The notes under the pieces were generated by a model. It was not told where the DNA came from. It searched no databases and saw nothing but the letters and a program-made list of their open reading frames with translations. DNA of 32,000 nucleotides from an archaeon (GTDB taxonomy: Archaea > Asgardarchaeota > Thorarchaeia > Thorarchaeales > Thorarchaeaceae). Shown here one piece after another: positions 17,899-27,393 of the stretch. The stretch's first letter is position 1, and each line of letters begins with the position of its first letter. Both the position numbers and the translations under genes were made by a program. The stretch spans positions 1 to 32,000 of the forward strand of contig JAJRZD010000051.1 in assembly GCA_024275415.1 (NCBI GenBank), read 5' to 3'.

Positions 17899-18876
17899 TC
17901 AAATCTTCTCCTTTGCTTCTTTTCGGGATACACCCTTGTAAAGAAGAACAAGTCCGAGCAACGACAGTATACCACCAGAGAGAAGCCCTCCAACGGGGAA
18001 TATTGGGAATCCCAACACTCCAGTAGCCATGCTGACAAGTCCAGCTCCGACCAAGAAAAGAATCAGGCCGAAGCCAATCCCAGCTGCCCTGAATGCTATA
18101 GAACGAGGATACTTGCTCTCGATGACATAGCCCGTTGAAGCGGACACTGATGCCTTGTACTTCCCGCTTCCATAGCGGTACTCGAGTTCCCAAACTGGAA
18201 CATGAATGAGAAAGGTCTCTCCGACATCGATCTCGTCATTTCTTGATTCAATCTTGTCCACTTCCGTGAGTATGAGCTGGGTCTGGAAATCAAATGCTTG
18301 TTTCCTAGCTATCTCACGAGCCTGTTCTTCAGAAACCTGACTGTGCAAGACGATGCCCCCAAACTCCTCTGCATGTGCATGGCTGAAGTACTCCTTTGCA
18401 CGAGTAGGAATTGGAAACTGCTTGATGTCCTCATCGATGTCTTTTACTGAGGGTATCTTAATCTCATGTCTCCGGGTGAAACGTCCAGATTCGGGCTTCC
18501 AGAAGAAATCAATTCGCTTGTATGCACCTCGCCTCTGTGGCCATTCGTCATAGAAATTGGCATCCTTTCCAAGCCCTGAGTATTTTGTGTCTGCATCGAC
18601 ACGGCTTATCCAAAACGGATACCAGACCTGTTTATATCCAACAAACCGAGCCTTTGCAGCAAGATCACTTGGAGCTCCCAGTTGCTTTGAACACCAGTCA
18701 AGGAGAATGGTCTGTGCTTCATGTTGCGGGAAATGAACACGGATCATATAATGATCAATGAACTTCGCTCCTTCTATTGTCTGGGCAGTTCCGCAGTATG
18801 GACATACAAGAAGAACATCTCCAGGTCCAGTTTCAAAATCTGCATCACAAAACGCACATCTAGCCATGATTATCAC
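17899..18876 (-). CDS. Zn-ribbon protein with C-terminal TM hairpin (paralog 2)
   Basis: CAFC-x14-CPYCG, WYPFW, HVPVWELEYRY...SASTG, two C-terminal TM helices; GTGA overlap with upstream paralog; alternative ATG at 18867. Confidence 0.8.
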   Translation of the reverse strand: MIIMARCAFCDADFETGPGDVLLVCPYCGTAQTIEGAKFIDHYMIRVHFPQHEAQTILLDWCSKQLGAPSDLAAKARFVGYKQVWYPFWISRVDADTKYSGLGKDANFYDEWPQRRGAYKRIDFFWKPESGRFTRRHEIKIPSVKDIDEDIKQFPIPTRAKEYFSHAHAEEFGGIVLHSQVSEEQAREIARKQAFDFQTQLILTEVDKIESRNDEIDVGETFLIHVPVWELEYRYGSGKYKASVSASTGYVIESKYPRSIAFRAAGIGFGLILFLVGAGLVSMATGVLGFPIFPVGGLLSGGILSLLGLVLLYKGVSRKEAKEKI

Positions 18877-19904
18877 CCCTTCTTCTCCCGCTGTGTCATC
18901 AGCAGCACTCTGAATCCAAAGAATGCCATCGCAATCCCGAGAAACGCAGCAAGTCCGCCTCCAGCCATGAAAGCGATTCCATCATCCAATCCAAGACCGT
19001 AGTACAGAATCTCTCCACCTACTCCAGATAGCACAACACCGAGCATACCCAAAAGGGTCCAGATTGCACGCTGTGCCATAGTGATAGGAATCTCACCAAG
19101 CACAACCTTTCCGGTTCGACCATTCAGGGCGCATTTGTAAAGCTCCCCTTGGAATTTATACCGGATAAGAGAGAAGGGTGCTTGAAGATAGGTCGTGCCA
19201 CGAACGTTTGTGGTCGTGCGACAGTCAAATAGCTCGGTCAGCCCGCTTGCAGCCTGAGCTCGATGTCTGTCAGCAACTCGCCCATGGACGGTCTTTTCGT
19301 ATTCATCTTGACCGATCTCTGCGTTCAACATCTCGGGGGAGAGATCCTTAATCCTGCTATAATCATACTTTATTGTACTCTTCAAATCAATCGAATCCAG
19401 GTACTCCTCGAGACCGTATAATGCAGCTCCTTTCCGTGCAAGCAATGGTTCATCAGTATCAGTATGAATCTCATCCTGAACAGGTACGTAGCCAGTTTCG
19501 TATTCTGTCACAGTCCGAGTTTGTGTGTTCCCTTCACTATCACGATAGGTTTCTGTTCGTTGTACTGGCACTTGGACTGTCTTGTAACCCTTGTACCAAG
19601 TGTCAGCTTTGACTCTTGAAGTCCAGACCGGGACATAGATGAGCCGATTCTCAACAACTTGTGCGGCTTTAACAAGGGACTTGTTGAAACCCTTGTTCTT
19701 ATCAAGAAATTTTTGGAAAGCCTGAAGCCTCGTGTTCTCATCGACCGCAGGCTCCATAAGATGATCTCCGATTTCCTTGCCATCAATAGTAGTTGTCGAT
19801 CCACAATATGTACATGTAATCACTACATCATCCGGGCCGGTCTTCACATTGCCATTGCATACCGGACATTTGAACATGTCCGCAGCTTGTGCTTCCGATC
19901 CCAT
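18873..19904 (-). CDS. Zn-ribbon protein with C-terminal TM hairpin (paralog 1)
   Basis: CPVC-x14-CTYCG, IYVPVW, APFSLIRYKF...NGRTG, two C-terminal TM helices; SD GGAG upstream. Confidence 0.8.
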   Translation of the reverse strand: MGSEAQAADMFKCPVCNGNVKTGPDDVVITCTYCGSTTTIDGKEIGDHLMEPAVDENTRLQAFQKFLDKNKGFNKSLVKAAQVVENRLIYVPVWTSRVKADTWYKGYKTVQVPVQRTETYRDSEGNTQTRTVTEYETGYVPVQDEIHTDTDEPLLARKGAALYGLEEYLDSIDLKSTIKYDYSRIKDLSPEMLNAEIGQDEYEKTVHGRVADRHRAQAASGLTELFDCRTTTNVRGTTYLQAPFSLIRYKFQGELYKCALNGRTGKVVLGEIPITMAQRAIWTLLGMLGVVLSGVGGEILYYGLGLDDGIAFMAGGGLAAFLGIAMAFFGFRVLLMTQREKKG

Positions 19905-20132
19905 AATTAGGTTCTCCTGTGTAAGAAACTAATGCGGAGTTCATCTGAAGGCTATTTAGGGTTGCGGTGGTCATATTGCAAGAACCAATCTGATGAGGAA
20001 GATAGTTTTTCGGCCATAGAAGAATAAACGATGAGAGATAGGAGTGGTTATTCGGCAATCAGATATTCCAACCAACCACTACCAAGACATAGCATCAATG
20101 ATTTATTATAGTAAGGGGGATGCGACGGAAGT

Positions 20133-21047
20133 ATGATTCGCGTTGCTGGCATCCAAATTGCTCCAGTGTTCCTTGATGCACAGGAAACTTGGAAAAAATT
20201 GGAATATCGTATTCGAGAAGCCCACGAGAATGGAGCCGATCTTGTGACCTGGGGGGAAACACTGATTCCGGGGTATCCTGCATGGTTGTCGCCTTCTGGT
20301 GGAGCAAAGTTTGATGATCGTGAACAAAAGATTGCTTATGCAACATACTGGAAAGAAGCAATCAGACTTGATGACAGTAGAATCATTGATGAGATGAAGG
20401 CCTTGGCTGGTGAACTTGGAATAATGTTCATGGGGGGAATTGTCGAGAAGGAAGGCGGTTCAACGTATTGTACACTACTCACAATCGGAAATGATGGGAC
20501 TATTCTAGGTCGGCACCGCAAAGTAAAACCTACCTATGAAGAACGTCTGGTCTGGGCAGACGGAGATGGGCTTGGTCTCAGAACATATCCGTTGAAGAAC
20601 TCACGCGTGGGTGGTCTCAATTGCTGGGAGAACTGGCTACCATTGGCTCGTGCATCACTACACCTACAGGGCGAGATCATCCATGTCGCAGTATGGCCCG
20701 GGAGCCTTCGAAATACAGAAGACATCACACGATTCATTGCCTTAGAAGGCCGGTCATGGGTCATCTCAGTTTCAGGACTTTTGCGTCCTACAGATTTCTC
20801 TCATTTGGAAGAAACTGAGTTTCCAATGAAAGAGGTGATGGAATCTACCCATGAGAGCTGGTGCAATGGAGGATCGATGGTGGTGGATCCAACTGGAGAG
20901 ATTGTTTCTGGCCCTCTTGTTGATGTAGAAGGGATAATCTATGCCGATGTGAATCCTTTGATTGCTATTCAGGAACGGCAGAACCTTGACATAAGTGGCC
21001 ATTATTCGCGATTTGATATATTCCGTAAGCCACTATCCGATACCTGA
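20133..21047 (+). CDS. Nitrilase (carbon-nitrogen hydrolase family)
   Basis: Glu-Lys-Cys triad: WGETLIPGYP, HRKVKPTYEERLVW, LNCWENW; C-terminal LDISGHYSRFD. Confidence 0.92.
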   Translation: MIRVAGIQIAPVFLDAQETWKKLEYRIREAHENGADLVTWGETLIPGYPAWLSPSGGAKFDDREQKIAYATYWKEAIRLDDSRIIDEMKALAGELGIMFMGGIVEKEGGSTYCTLLTIGNDGTILGRHRKVKPTYEERLVWADGDGLGLRTYPLKNSRVGGLNCWENWLPLARASLHLQGEIIHVAVWPGSLRNTEDITRFIALEGRSWVISVSGLLRPTDFSHLEETEFPMKEVMESTHESWCNGGSMVVDPTGEIVSGPLVDVEGIIYADVNPLIAIQERQNLDISGHYSRFDIFRKPLSDT

Positions 21048-21328
21048 CAATTTATGACCTAGTGGCATTGCAGAACGCATGAATGGACTGTCCTCTCAGA
21101 ATGGCTTGAGTCAACTCAGAATCGACCTCTTGGATAATGATTCTTTCAATTCTGAAATATCGATAGAGAATATCAAGTAGAAGTGCTACTCCTCCAAGAT
21201 GAGGTAGATAATGGAATGATATAACATATGAATTGAGAATTCCAAGTCTATAATGATCGGGATAAAATCAACGGCAAGTATATTATACAAAATGAATCGG
21301 GTAGTCCCTAATAGTTGAACGTGAACGT

Positions 21329-21583
21329 GTGATTCAAATGGTCAAGTACTTCAAGAATTCAAGGATGATTGAGCTGTTTGATGAGCTAGGAATCATAGTA
21401 ACCAAAGAGAACCAGAAAGAAATCGATGAGATGCTTCATTTCTGGCTGAGTGTTGACTACCCGAATCAAGCCGCGACATGGAAACTCATCCGTAAAAGAC
21501 TCCAGGAGGATGGACCAGGGTTCAAGTCCCGATTAAGGGAAGTTCTCCGCAAGTTCATTACGGAGCAACAAGAGGTATCGTAA
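21329..21583 (+). CDS. Small helical hypothetical protein
   Basis: 84-aa ORF of protein-like composition in an otherwise empty gap; no function recognised. Confidence 0.6.
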   Translation: MIQMVKYFKNSRMIELFDELGIIVTKENQKEIDEMLHFWLSVDYPNQAATWKLIRKRLQEDGPGFKSRLREVLRKFITEQQEVS

Positions 21584-21631
21584 AATGATATCCTATGCTG
21601 CACCAGTCAATACGAGGTATGGGCAAACCCA

Positions 21632-22339
21632 TCAACTCATGTAGGACTGGATAGATTCAGTCTGTTTCTTTCCTTTGCGCCGGTACCATGGATTGGCAAG
21701 TCCGATAGCACCAAGTATTATCCCAACCGCGGTGAGGATGTCGGCAACGAACACCATGCCGACAGCTGCAAGGGTAATCTTCCCGACCTGCCCGATGCTA
21801 ATTAGAATCCCAGAGAACACAATCAGTTCGCTTCGAACCTCACGCAATCGCCCTGTCTTCCAAGTTATGATGAAGGTCACGACAACTGCAAATATGACGA
21901 AAATCATTGGAGGAACCAAGAGGAGCATGATTATTTCCTCGGTGGAGCCAAGAAGCGCAGACAACGCCCAATAGGCTACAATCAATGCAAAAACACGCTT
22001 GAAATATCTCTTGTATCTTGGGAACCATATGTGAAAGATTGCCACAAATAGAGGGAGCACACTTCCAGAAACCAAGAACAGGGTACGAAAGCGAAAGACG
22101 GGCATCGTGTCTGGGATGACCCCAATGTTCATGAATGCCATCATTATCACATTGATTCCGATTATCGTGAAAGAAATCCCGAAAAATAGAGGTAGGTCAG
22201 TAGGAAGTCGTTTTTCTTGTGTGCGCCAGAGGTTCAACAAATAGATGCCACTTACGGAAGCGATAGCGCCGGCTATGATACTTGCAAGATATGAGGGTTC
22301 TACGACAAGCTGCATTTGTAACACCCAATCACTGGTCAC
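21632..22339 (-). CDS. Hypothetical membrane protein, about 7 TM segments
   Basis: Alternating hydrophobic helices and a basic C-tail; likely start ATG at 22315. Confidence 0.75.
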   Translation of the reverse strand: MTSDWVLQMQLVVEPSYLASIIAGAIASVSGIYLLNLWRTQEKRLPTDLPLFFGISFTIIGINVIMMAFMNIGVIPDTMPVFRFRTLFLVSGSVLPLFVAIFHIWFPRYKRYFKRVFALIVAYWALSALLGSTEEIIMLLLVPPMIFVIFAVVVTFIITWKTGRLREVRSELIVFSGILISIGQVGKITLAAVGMVFVADILTAVGIILGAIGLANPWYRRKGKKQTESIQSYMS

Positions 22340-22401
22340 TCATGTACTCGTACTGGATGATATAAACTCCCAGAGGATCGAAGGATGATGAGAAACACAT
22401 T

Positions 22402-22749
22402 CTATACGTGATCCTGTTCTTCCGAGATGATTGTATCAACCAAGAACTCAAGTAGCGGCCCTTCTCTAGGATATGATACCGGAGAAGTAATCCTGTTCCC
22501 AGTTTTGAAGGTGACACTCAGTCCCCGTCGTGAACATATGATAACAGCAGCCTTGACCGCAAATCGTGTCCAGCCTGTCACATCCAATAACGTATCAATG
22601 AGAACCCCATCAAGGAACTCCAAAAAACGTGGATAAGACTCCTCGGTCACAGAGCGTCCTATGATGATAGCCGCTTGTATCGTTCTTTCATGTCCATTAT
22701 TCGTCAAACTAAGGTGTGTTTCATCCTCGTCCACGAAGACCCATCCCAT
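22402..22749 (-). CDS. Hypothetical protein
   Basis: 115-aa ORF, co-oriented with the downstream membrane gene, AGGAG upstream; no motif recognised. Confidence 0.5.
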   Translation of the reverse strand: MGWVFVDEDETHLSLTNNGHERTIQAAIIIGRSVTEESYPRFLEFLDGVLIDTLLDVTGWTRFAVKAAVIICSRRGLSVTFKTGNRITSPVSYPREGPLLEFLVDTIISEEQDHV

Positions 22750-22973
22750 TCATTTGTGAGAAACTCCTCTGTTCTGGTCATATAATGAGGTTATGAATTA
22801 TATGCTTGGATGGAAACGAGCTAAAATGGGAACAGGTCATGGTGTAGCGTTTACAATACAACAGGTAGTGTGGCACAAGAGGTTCTTTTGACTCGTCAGA
22901 TCCAAGAAAAAAACAATCCAGATGTGGAGGATCCATTACAACACAGCCCACTGTCAATACTTGGTCAAGCATA

Positions 22974-22993
22974 GGCTTTTCTTTAGAAAAGCC
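22974..22993. promoter_or_regulatory. 20-bp palindrome, candidate operator of the Lrp/AsnC gene
   Basis: GGCTTTTCT-TT-AGAAAAGCC with perfect 9-bp arms, 38 nt upstream of the inferred start. Confidence 0.5.
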
Positions 22994-23031
22994 GTATAAT
23001 ACTTGAATCAAGTTCTCCGGAGGTCAAGAAA

Positions 23032-23256
23032 CTGATAGACACAGTCGTTCTAGTAACTGTAAAGGCTGGAACTGCAGAGAAAGTCGCAACGGCATTGCAA
23101 GACATCGAACAGGTCGAAAAAGTGCTTATCGTCACGGGCCCCTATGATATCATTGTCATGGCGGGATTGTCTGAAAGGGCAAGCTACAGGCCATTAGTCA
23201 ACGCAATCCATGAGATTGACGGTATTGTACGGACTGAAACCTGTCTTGCAATTTAG
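23032..23256 (+). CDS. Stand-alone Lrp/AsnC ligand-binding (RAM) domain protein; missed by ORF track
   Basis: Manual translation (L/M)IDTVVLVTVKAGTAEKVATALQDIEQVEKVLIVTGPYDIIVM...IHEIDGIVRTETCLAI*; vTGpYD and DGI..TET motifs; SD GGAGGT at 23019-23024. Confidence 0.88.
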   Translation: MIDTVVLVTVKAGTAEKVATALQDIEQVEKVLIVTGPYDIIVMAGLSERASYRPLVNAIHEIDGIVRTETCLAI

Positions 23257-23282
23257 AAAAAGGAAAAGATGAGCTTTCTAGC

Positions 23283-24473
23283 TCATCTTCTTATTTCATC
23301 ACGAAGCCGTGCAGCAGAGAACTCATGGAGCCGTTCCTTTGCCTCCTCACGACGCTCTTGATGTTCCTCAAGGAATTTCATGATCCGTGGGGCGAGAATC
23401 TGCTTGCATTCACCACAGAGCATCTCACCACCTCTACACTTTTTCTCTATGTCAGCCAGCTCCTTGTCATCAGGCATGAAAATGAAGTTATAGTATTTGA
23501 AAACCGAGCAGATATCAGGATTTGCGCCGAGCTTACGTTGCTCATCAGCAGTATCACGGCCGCCAGTGAATGCAGCCATCACTTTCTTTCGTGCCATCTT
23601 CGGAGTGTCTGTCGTGTACACAGCAGACATCGGATTTGATGAGGACATCTTGCCTCCTTCCTGTAACCCAGGTACAAACTTGTTCTGGATAGACGCAGGC
23701 TTGTAGTAGCCGAGCTTCTCAGCCACATCCCGTGTGATGCGCCAATGGGGATCTTGGTCTATCGCGCATGGGATTATACATGGGGTCTTCTTGCCGTAGA
23801 TCCACGAGTGTAGGAACGCAGGAACTGCTTGCATGGAGGGATAGAAGATACCACCGATGTTCATGCTATTCTCGAAACCAAACACCGCCCTTGCAGTCGA
23901 GAAGGTGACTTTCTTTGCCACTTGGACAGCAATCTCGTACATCATATCAATATGTTCGATGTCCTGAATGATGAAAGTGTTCTCAGGCTCAAACCCGACA
24001 GCAATAACATCAAGCGCGTTGTCATATGTGAGTTGCTTGACCTTGTCGAACGTCAAATCCTGATCAAACCAGAACTTCTCATCATTGGTAAGCTGGAAGT
24101 ACAGGCGTGTGTCGAATTTCTCCTGCCACCATTTTGTGAATATCCAAGGCACCAGATGGCCGATGTGGACATTCCCACTCGGGCCTCTGCCTGTATAGAT
24201 GATGAACCTGTTCCCTTTCTCGTATTCCTTCAGGGCCCAGTCAAGATCCCTGTGAGAGAAGAACAGCTCGCGGTCGAGCATGAAGTGTTTCTCTCCAGTA
24301 ATCTTGTAGATCCTATCGAGGAGTTTCTTGTCGATACGCTGCGTACCAAATTCCTCGATGAGTCGGTCATAGTCGATCTTTCCCTTGACTTCCCAAGGGG
24401 TCACGACCATCTCATCATTATCTTTAGACATAGGATATTCACCTTTTGCGGTGGTAGCTTGGTGAGCAAACAT
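23283..24473 (-). CDS. trpS: Tryptophan--tRNA ligase, archaeal/eukaryotic type
   Basis: YTGRGPSGNVHIGH, CAIDQDP, KMSSS; likely start ATG at 24431 with SD AGGTGA. Confidence 0.97.
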   Translation of the reverse strand: MFAHQATTAKGEYPMSKDNDEMVVTPWEVKGKIDYDRLIEEFGTQRIDKKLLDRIYKITGEKHFMLDRELFFSHRDLDWALKEYEKGNRFIIYTGRGPSGNVHIGHLVPWIFTKWWQEKFDTRLYFQLTNDEKFWFDQDLTFDKVKQLTYDNALDVIAVGFEPENTFIIQDIEHIDMMYEIAVQVAKKVTFSTARAVFGFENSMNIGGIFYPSMQAVPAFLHSWIYGKKTPCIIPCAIDQDPHWRITRDVAEKLGYYKPASIQNKFVPGLQEGGKMSSSNPMSAVYTTDTPKMARKKVMAAFTGGRDTADEQRKLGANPDICSVFKYYNFIFMPDDKELADIEKKCRGGEMLCGECKQILAPRIMKFLEEHQERREEAKERLHEFSAARLRDEIRR

Positions 24474-24685
24474 GAGAACTACAATTAAGCATGATGGTCA
24501 AATTATGGGTGGGATTATATCCGCCCCTCCGGAAAGCGATGTTCCATTCAGGGTCAGACGGGTTCAGAGAGAGGACGTTCCGGATGGTCATGATGTCCAT
24601 TTATCACGCGAAACCTAAGAAACAAGACGGACGTGCCAAGATTACATTACTTATAGTAATAATTTATTGGCAGTATTAGCGTATG

Positions 24686-24693
24686 TTTATAAG
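24686..24693 (+). promoter_or_regulatory. TATA box candidate for metY
   Basis: TTTATAAG about 50 nt upstream of the TTG start. Confidence 0.45.
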
Positions 24694-24741
24694 TGATTGT
24701 CATTTCTCATGTAATAATATTACTTTAAAGGATGTGATTTC

Positions 24742-26028
24742 TTGACGGAGAGAGAATATAGATTTGAAACGTTAGCAATTCATGGTGGGTATGAAGAGGT
24801 CGAGGAAACAACACGGTCACGGGCAGTCCCGATCTACCAGACAACCTCATACACATTCAAGGACGACGAGCATGCTGCAAACCTCTTTGCACTGAAAGAA
24901 TTTGGAAATATCTACACACGGATAATGAACCCAACGAATGGAATCCTAGAGGAACGATTGGCACTCCTAGAGAATGGAATAGGTGCATTGGCTCTCGGCT
25001 CTGGACAGGCGGCAGAAACGATTGGGTTGCTTACTCTACTGGGGCAGGGTGACGAACTTCTGTCAAGTTCGGAGTTATATGGTGGCACATATACCCTATT
25101 TCATTATACATTCCGCAAGCTTGGGATAGACACAAATTTCGTATCGCCTGATGATCCCGAGAATTTCGCTGAGGCAGTGACACCACAGACGAAAGCGATA
25201 TACCTTGAAACACTAGGCAACCCGAGCCTAAAGGTTCCAGACATCGAAAAGATTGCAAGCATTGCTCATGACAATGAGATCCCGTTGATCATTGACAATA
25301 CAGTCCCGACACCCTATTTGTGTAGACCTATCGAGTGGGGTGCAGATATCGTCTTCCACTCCACAACGAAATATATTTCGGGTCATGGATACGCGATAGG
25401 TGGTGCAATCATCGATTCAGGAAAATTCGACTGGGCAAACTCCAAACACTATGGATCATTCAATGAGCCCGAACCTGCATATCATGGTCTGAACTTTATC
25501 GAGGCATTTGGAAATCTCACGTACATCTTGAAATGTCGGGTCCAACTGCTTAGAGACATTGGTGCAGCTCCAAGCCCCTTCAACTCATGGCTGACCCTGA
25601 TAGGACTCGAAACGCTTCCTCTAAGAATGGAAAGGATATCCCAAAATGCACAGAGATTGGCTGACTTTCTCGTAGACCATCCAAAAGTATCATGGGTGAA
25701 CTATCCTGGGCTTCGAACAGGAGACCAGAGAAAGCTCCTAGAGAAATATCTCCCGAGAGGGTATAGTGGGATCCTCGGTTTTGGCATAAAGGAAGGTTAC
25801 GAGGCAGGCAGAGATCTCATCAACAAGGTCAAGGTCATCTCACATCTTGCGAATATAGGAGATGCAAAGACCCTGATCATTCATCCCGCCTCAACGACTC
25901 ACCAGCAACTGTCAGTAGAAGAACAACTGGCAGCAGGAGTCACACCGGACTATGTCAGGGTTTCGGTCGGGATTGAGAACATCGATGACATCATTGAGGA
26001 CCTCGATGTTGCATTGAATTCGGTATAA
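24742..26028 (+). CDS. metY: O-acetylhomoserine sulfhydrylase / aminocarboxypropyltransferase (PLP)
   Basis: FETLAIHGG, AVPIYQTTSY, GNIYTRIMNPT, HSTTKY (PLP Lys), ANIGDAKTLIIHPASTTHQQL. Confidence 0.96.
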   Translation: MTEREYRFETLAIHGGYEEVEETTRSRAVPIYQTTSYTFKDDEHAANLFALKEFGNIYTRIMNPTNGILEERLALLENGIGALALGSGQAAETIGLLTLLGQGDELLSSSELYGGTYTLFHYTFRKLGIDTNFVSPDDPENFAEAVTPQTKAIYLETLGNPSLKVPDIEKIASIAHDNEIPLIIDNTVPTPYLCRPIEWGADIVFHSTTKYISGHGYAIGGAIIDSGKFDWANSKHYGSFNEPEPAYHGLNFIEAFGNLTYILKCRVQLLRDIGAAPSPFNSWLTLIGLETLPLRMERISQNAQRLADFLVDHPKVSWVNYPGLRTGDQRKLLEKYLPRGYSGILGFGIKEGYEAGRDLINKVKVISHLANIGDAKTLIIHPASTTHQQLSVEEQLAAGVTPDYVRVSVGIENIDDIIEDLDVALNSV

Positions 26029-26271
26029 GAATGATGCAATTCCAAAGTGCAATCCATTGACTGCAATATGATTGTATCAAGGATGTTCAAAGAACTAGTT
26101 TCCAATTCTCTTCTTTCATTCAGGACAAGCCTATCAAAGTGGGTCTATGAGTGGAAGAAGAGAACCAGTTTGGATCTCGGCAGATAGACAGCATGGGGAA
26201 TCGAAAAAGGAGGTTCCTATGAGGATGATAGAAACATACGAGTACAATGAGTCGGGAGGGAGCCAAAGAAA

Positions 26272-27393
26272 ATGTTTGGACAGAGATCGAAGCATATCAG
26301 ATACATGACGATAGCGGATGAAACAGACCCATTCCAGACGGAATGTGGGAAGACCTTGAGGGAAGTCGTTTTGGCGTATGAAACGTACGGGAGATTAAAC
26401 GAAGACATGTCGAATGCCATATTGATCACTCATGCCTTCTCAGGTGACTCCCATGTGGGCACACATCCAGACGAACCTGAACTGCGTGGCTGGTGGGGTG
26501 ACTTCGTAGGTCCAGGGCGGGTCTTCGATACCAGCAAGTTCTTTGTCATTTGTTCGAACGTGTTAGGAGGTTGCATGGGCTCAACAGGTCCTACGTCCAT
26601 AAATCCGGATACAGGAAAACCCTACAACCTCTCATTCCCAATCATAACTATCACGGACATGGTTAACGCACAAAAACGCCTGCTGGACAGGCTTGGGGTT
26701 TCGTCATTGGTCGCGGTCACGGGCGGGTCGATGGGCGGGATGCAAGCGTTGCAATGGGGAGTGTCATACCCTGATTATGTGAAAGCAGTCATACCAATCG
26801 CCACGACTACGAGGCTTTCACCACAGGGGATCGCTTTCAATGAAGTTGCAAGGAGGGCCATAGTCAATGACCCGAAGTGGAATAATGGGAATTATCCACT
26901 AGATGATCCTCCAGTCAAAGGGCTGGCTTTGGCGAGGATGATTGCTCATATCACGTATCTCTCAAACGAGTCGATGCATAGCAAGTTTGGAAGGGAACGA
27001 GTGAACAGTGACAAGTATCTCTACAAGTTCTGCACAGAGTTTGAAGTGGAATCGTACCTCGATTATCAGGGACATAAATTCACGAAACGATTTGATGCGA
27101 ACACTTTCCTCTATATGACAAAGGCAATCGATTATTTCGACCTTGAAAAGGCATACGGCTCTCTCTATAACGCATTCAAGAGTGTGAGGGCAAAGTTCTT
27201 GATCATCAGTTTTGAAACTGATTGGCTCTATCCAATTTACCAAGGCAAAGAGATGGTGTCTGCGTTGCGACAGGCAGAAAAGGAGGTCACATATGCACAG
27301 ATCCCATCAACGCTAGGACATGATGCATTCCTTCTGGAATATAAGAACATGAAGGGCGTGATCAGCCCGTTCCTTGAACAGTTCCTAGAATAA
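26272..27393 (+). CDS. metX: Homoserine O-acyl(acetyl)transferase
   Basis: AYETYGRLN, HAFSGDSH, GGCMGSTGP, GGSMGG nucleophile elbow, RFDANT, HDAFL. Confidence 0.95.
   Translation: MFGQRSKHIRYMTIADETDPFQTECGKTLREVVLAYETYGRLNEDMSNAILITHAFSGDSHVGTHPDEPELRGWWGDFVGPGRVFDTSKFFVICSNVLGGCMGSTGPTSINPDTGKPYNLSFPIITITDMVNAQKRLLDRLGVSSLVAVTGGSMGGMQALQWGVSYPDYVKAVIPIATTTRLSPQGIAFNEVARRAIVNDPKWNNGNYPLDDPPVKGLALARMIAHITYLSNESMHSKFGRERVNSDKYLYKFCTEFEVESYLDYQGHKFTKRFDANTFLYMTKAIDYFDLEKAYGSLYNAFKSVRAKFLIISFETDWLYPIYQGKEMVSALRQAEKEVTYAQIPSTLGHDAFLLEYKNMKGVISPFLEQFLE

Noticed and set aside
19990-20030. CTGATGAG followed by a short stem, suggesting a hammerhead ribozyme or C/D box RNA
   Set aside because: No C-GAAA after stem II and no stems I/III; the box C lacks the leading purine and no paired box D with terminal stem was found.
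21048-21328. AT-rich gap with a ~70-codon open stretch on the minus strand
   Set aside because: No start codon after the upstream stop and no recognisable similarity; cannot support a pseudogene call.
23829-24488. 219-aa plus-strand ORF
   Set aside because: Antisense shadow of trpS with no recognisable motifs.
24600-24660. TTATC...GTGCCAA upstream of metY, reminiscent of a SAM-I riboswitch
   Set aside because: Core elements (GAGGGA kink-turn, GCAACC, closing GAT helix) are missing.
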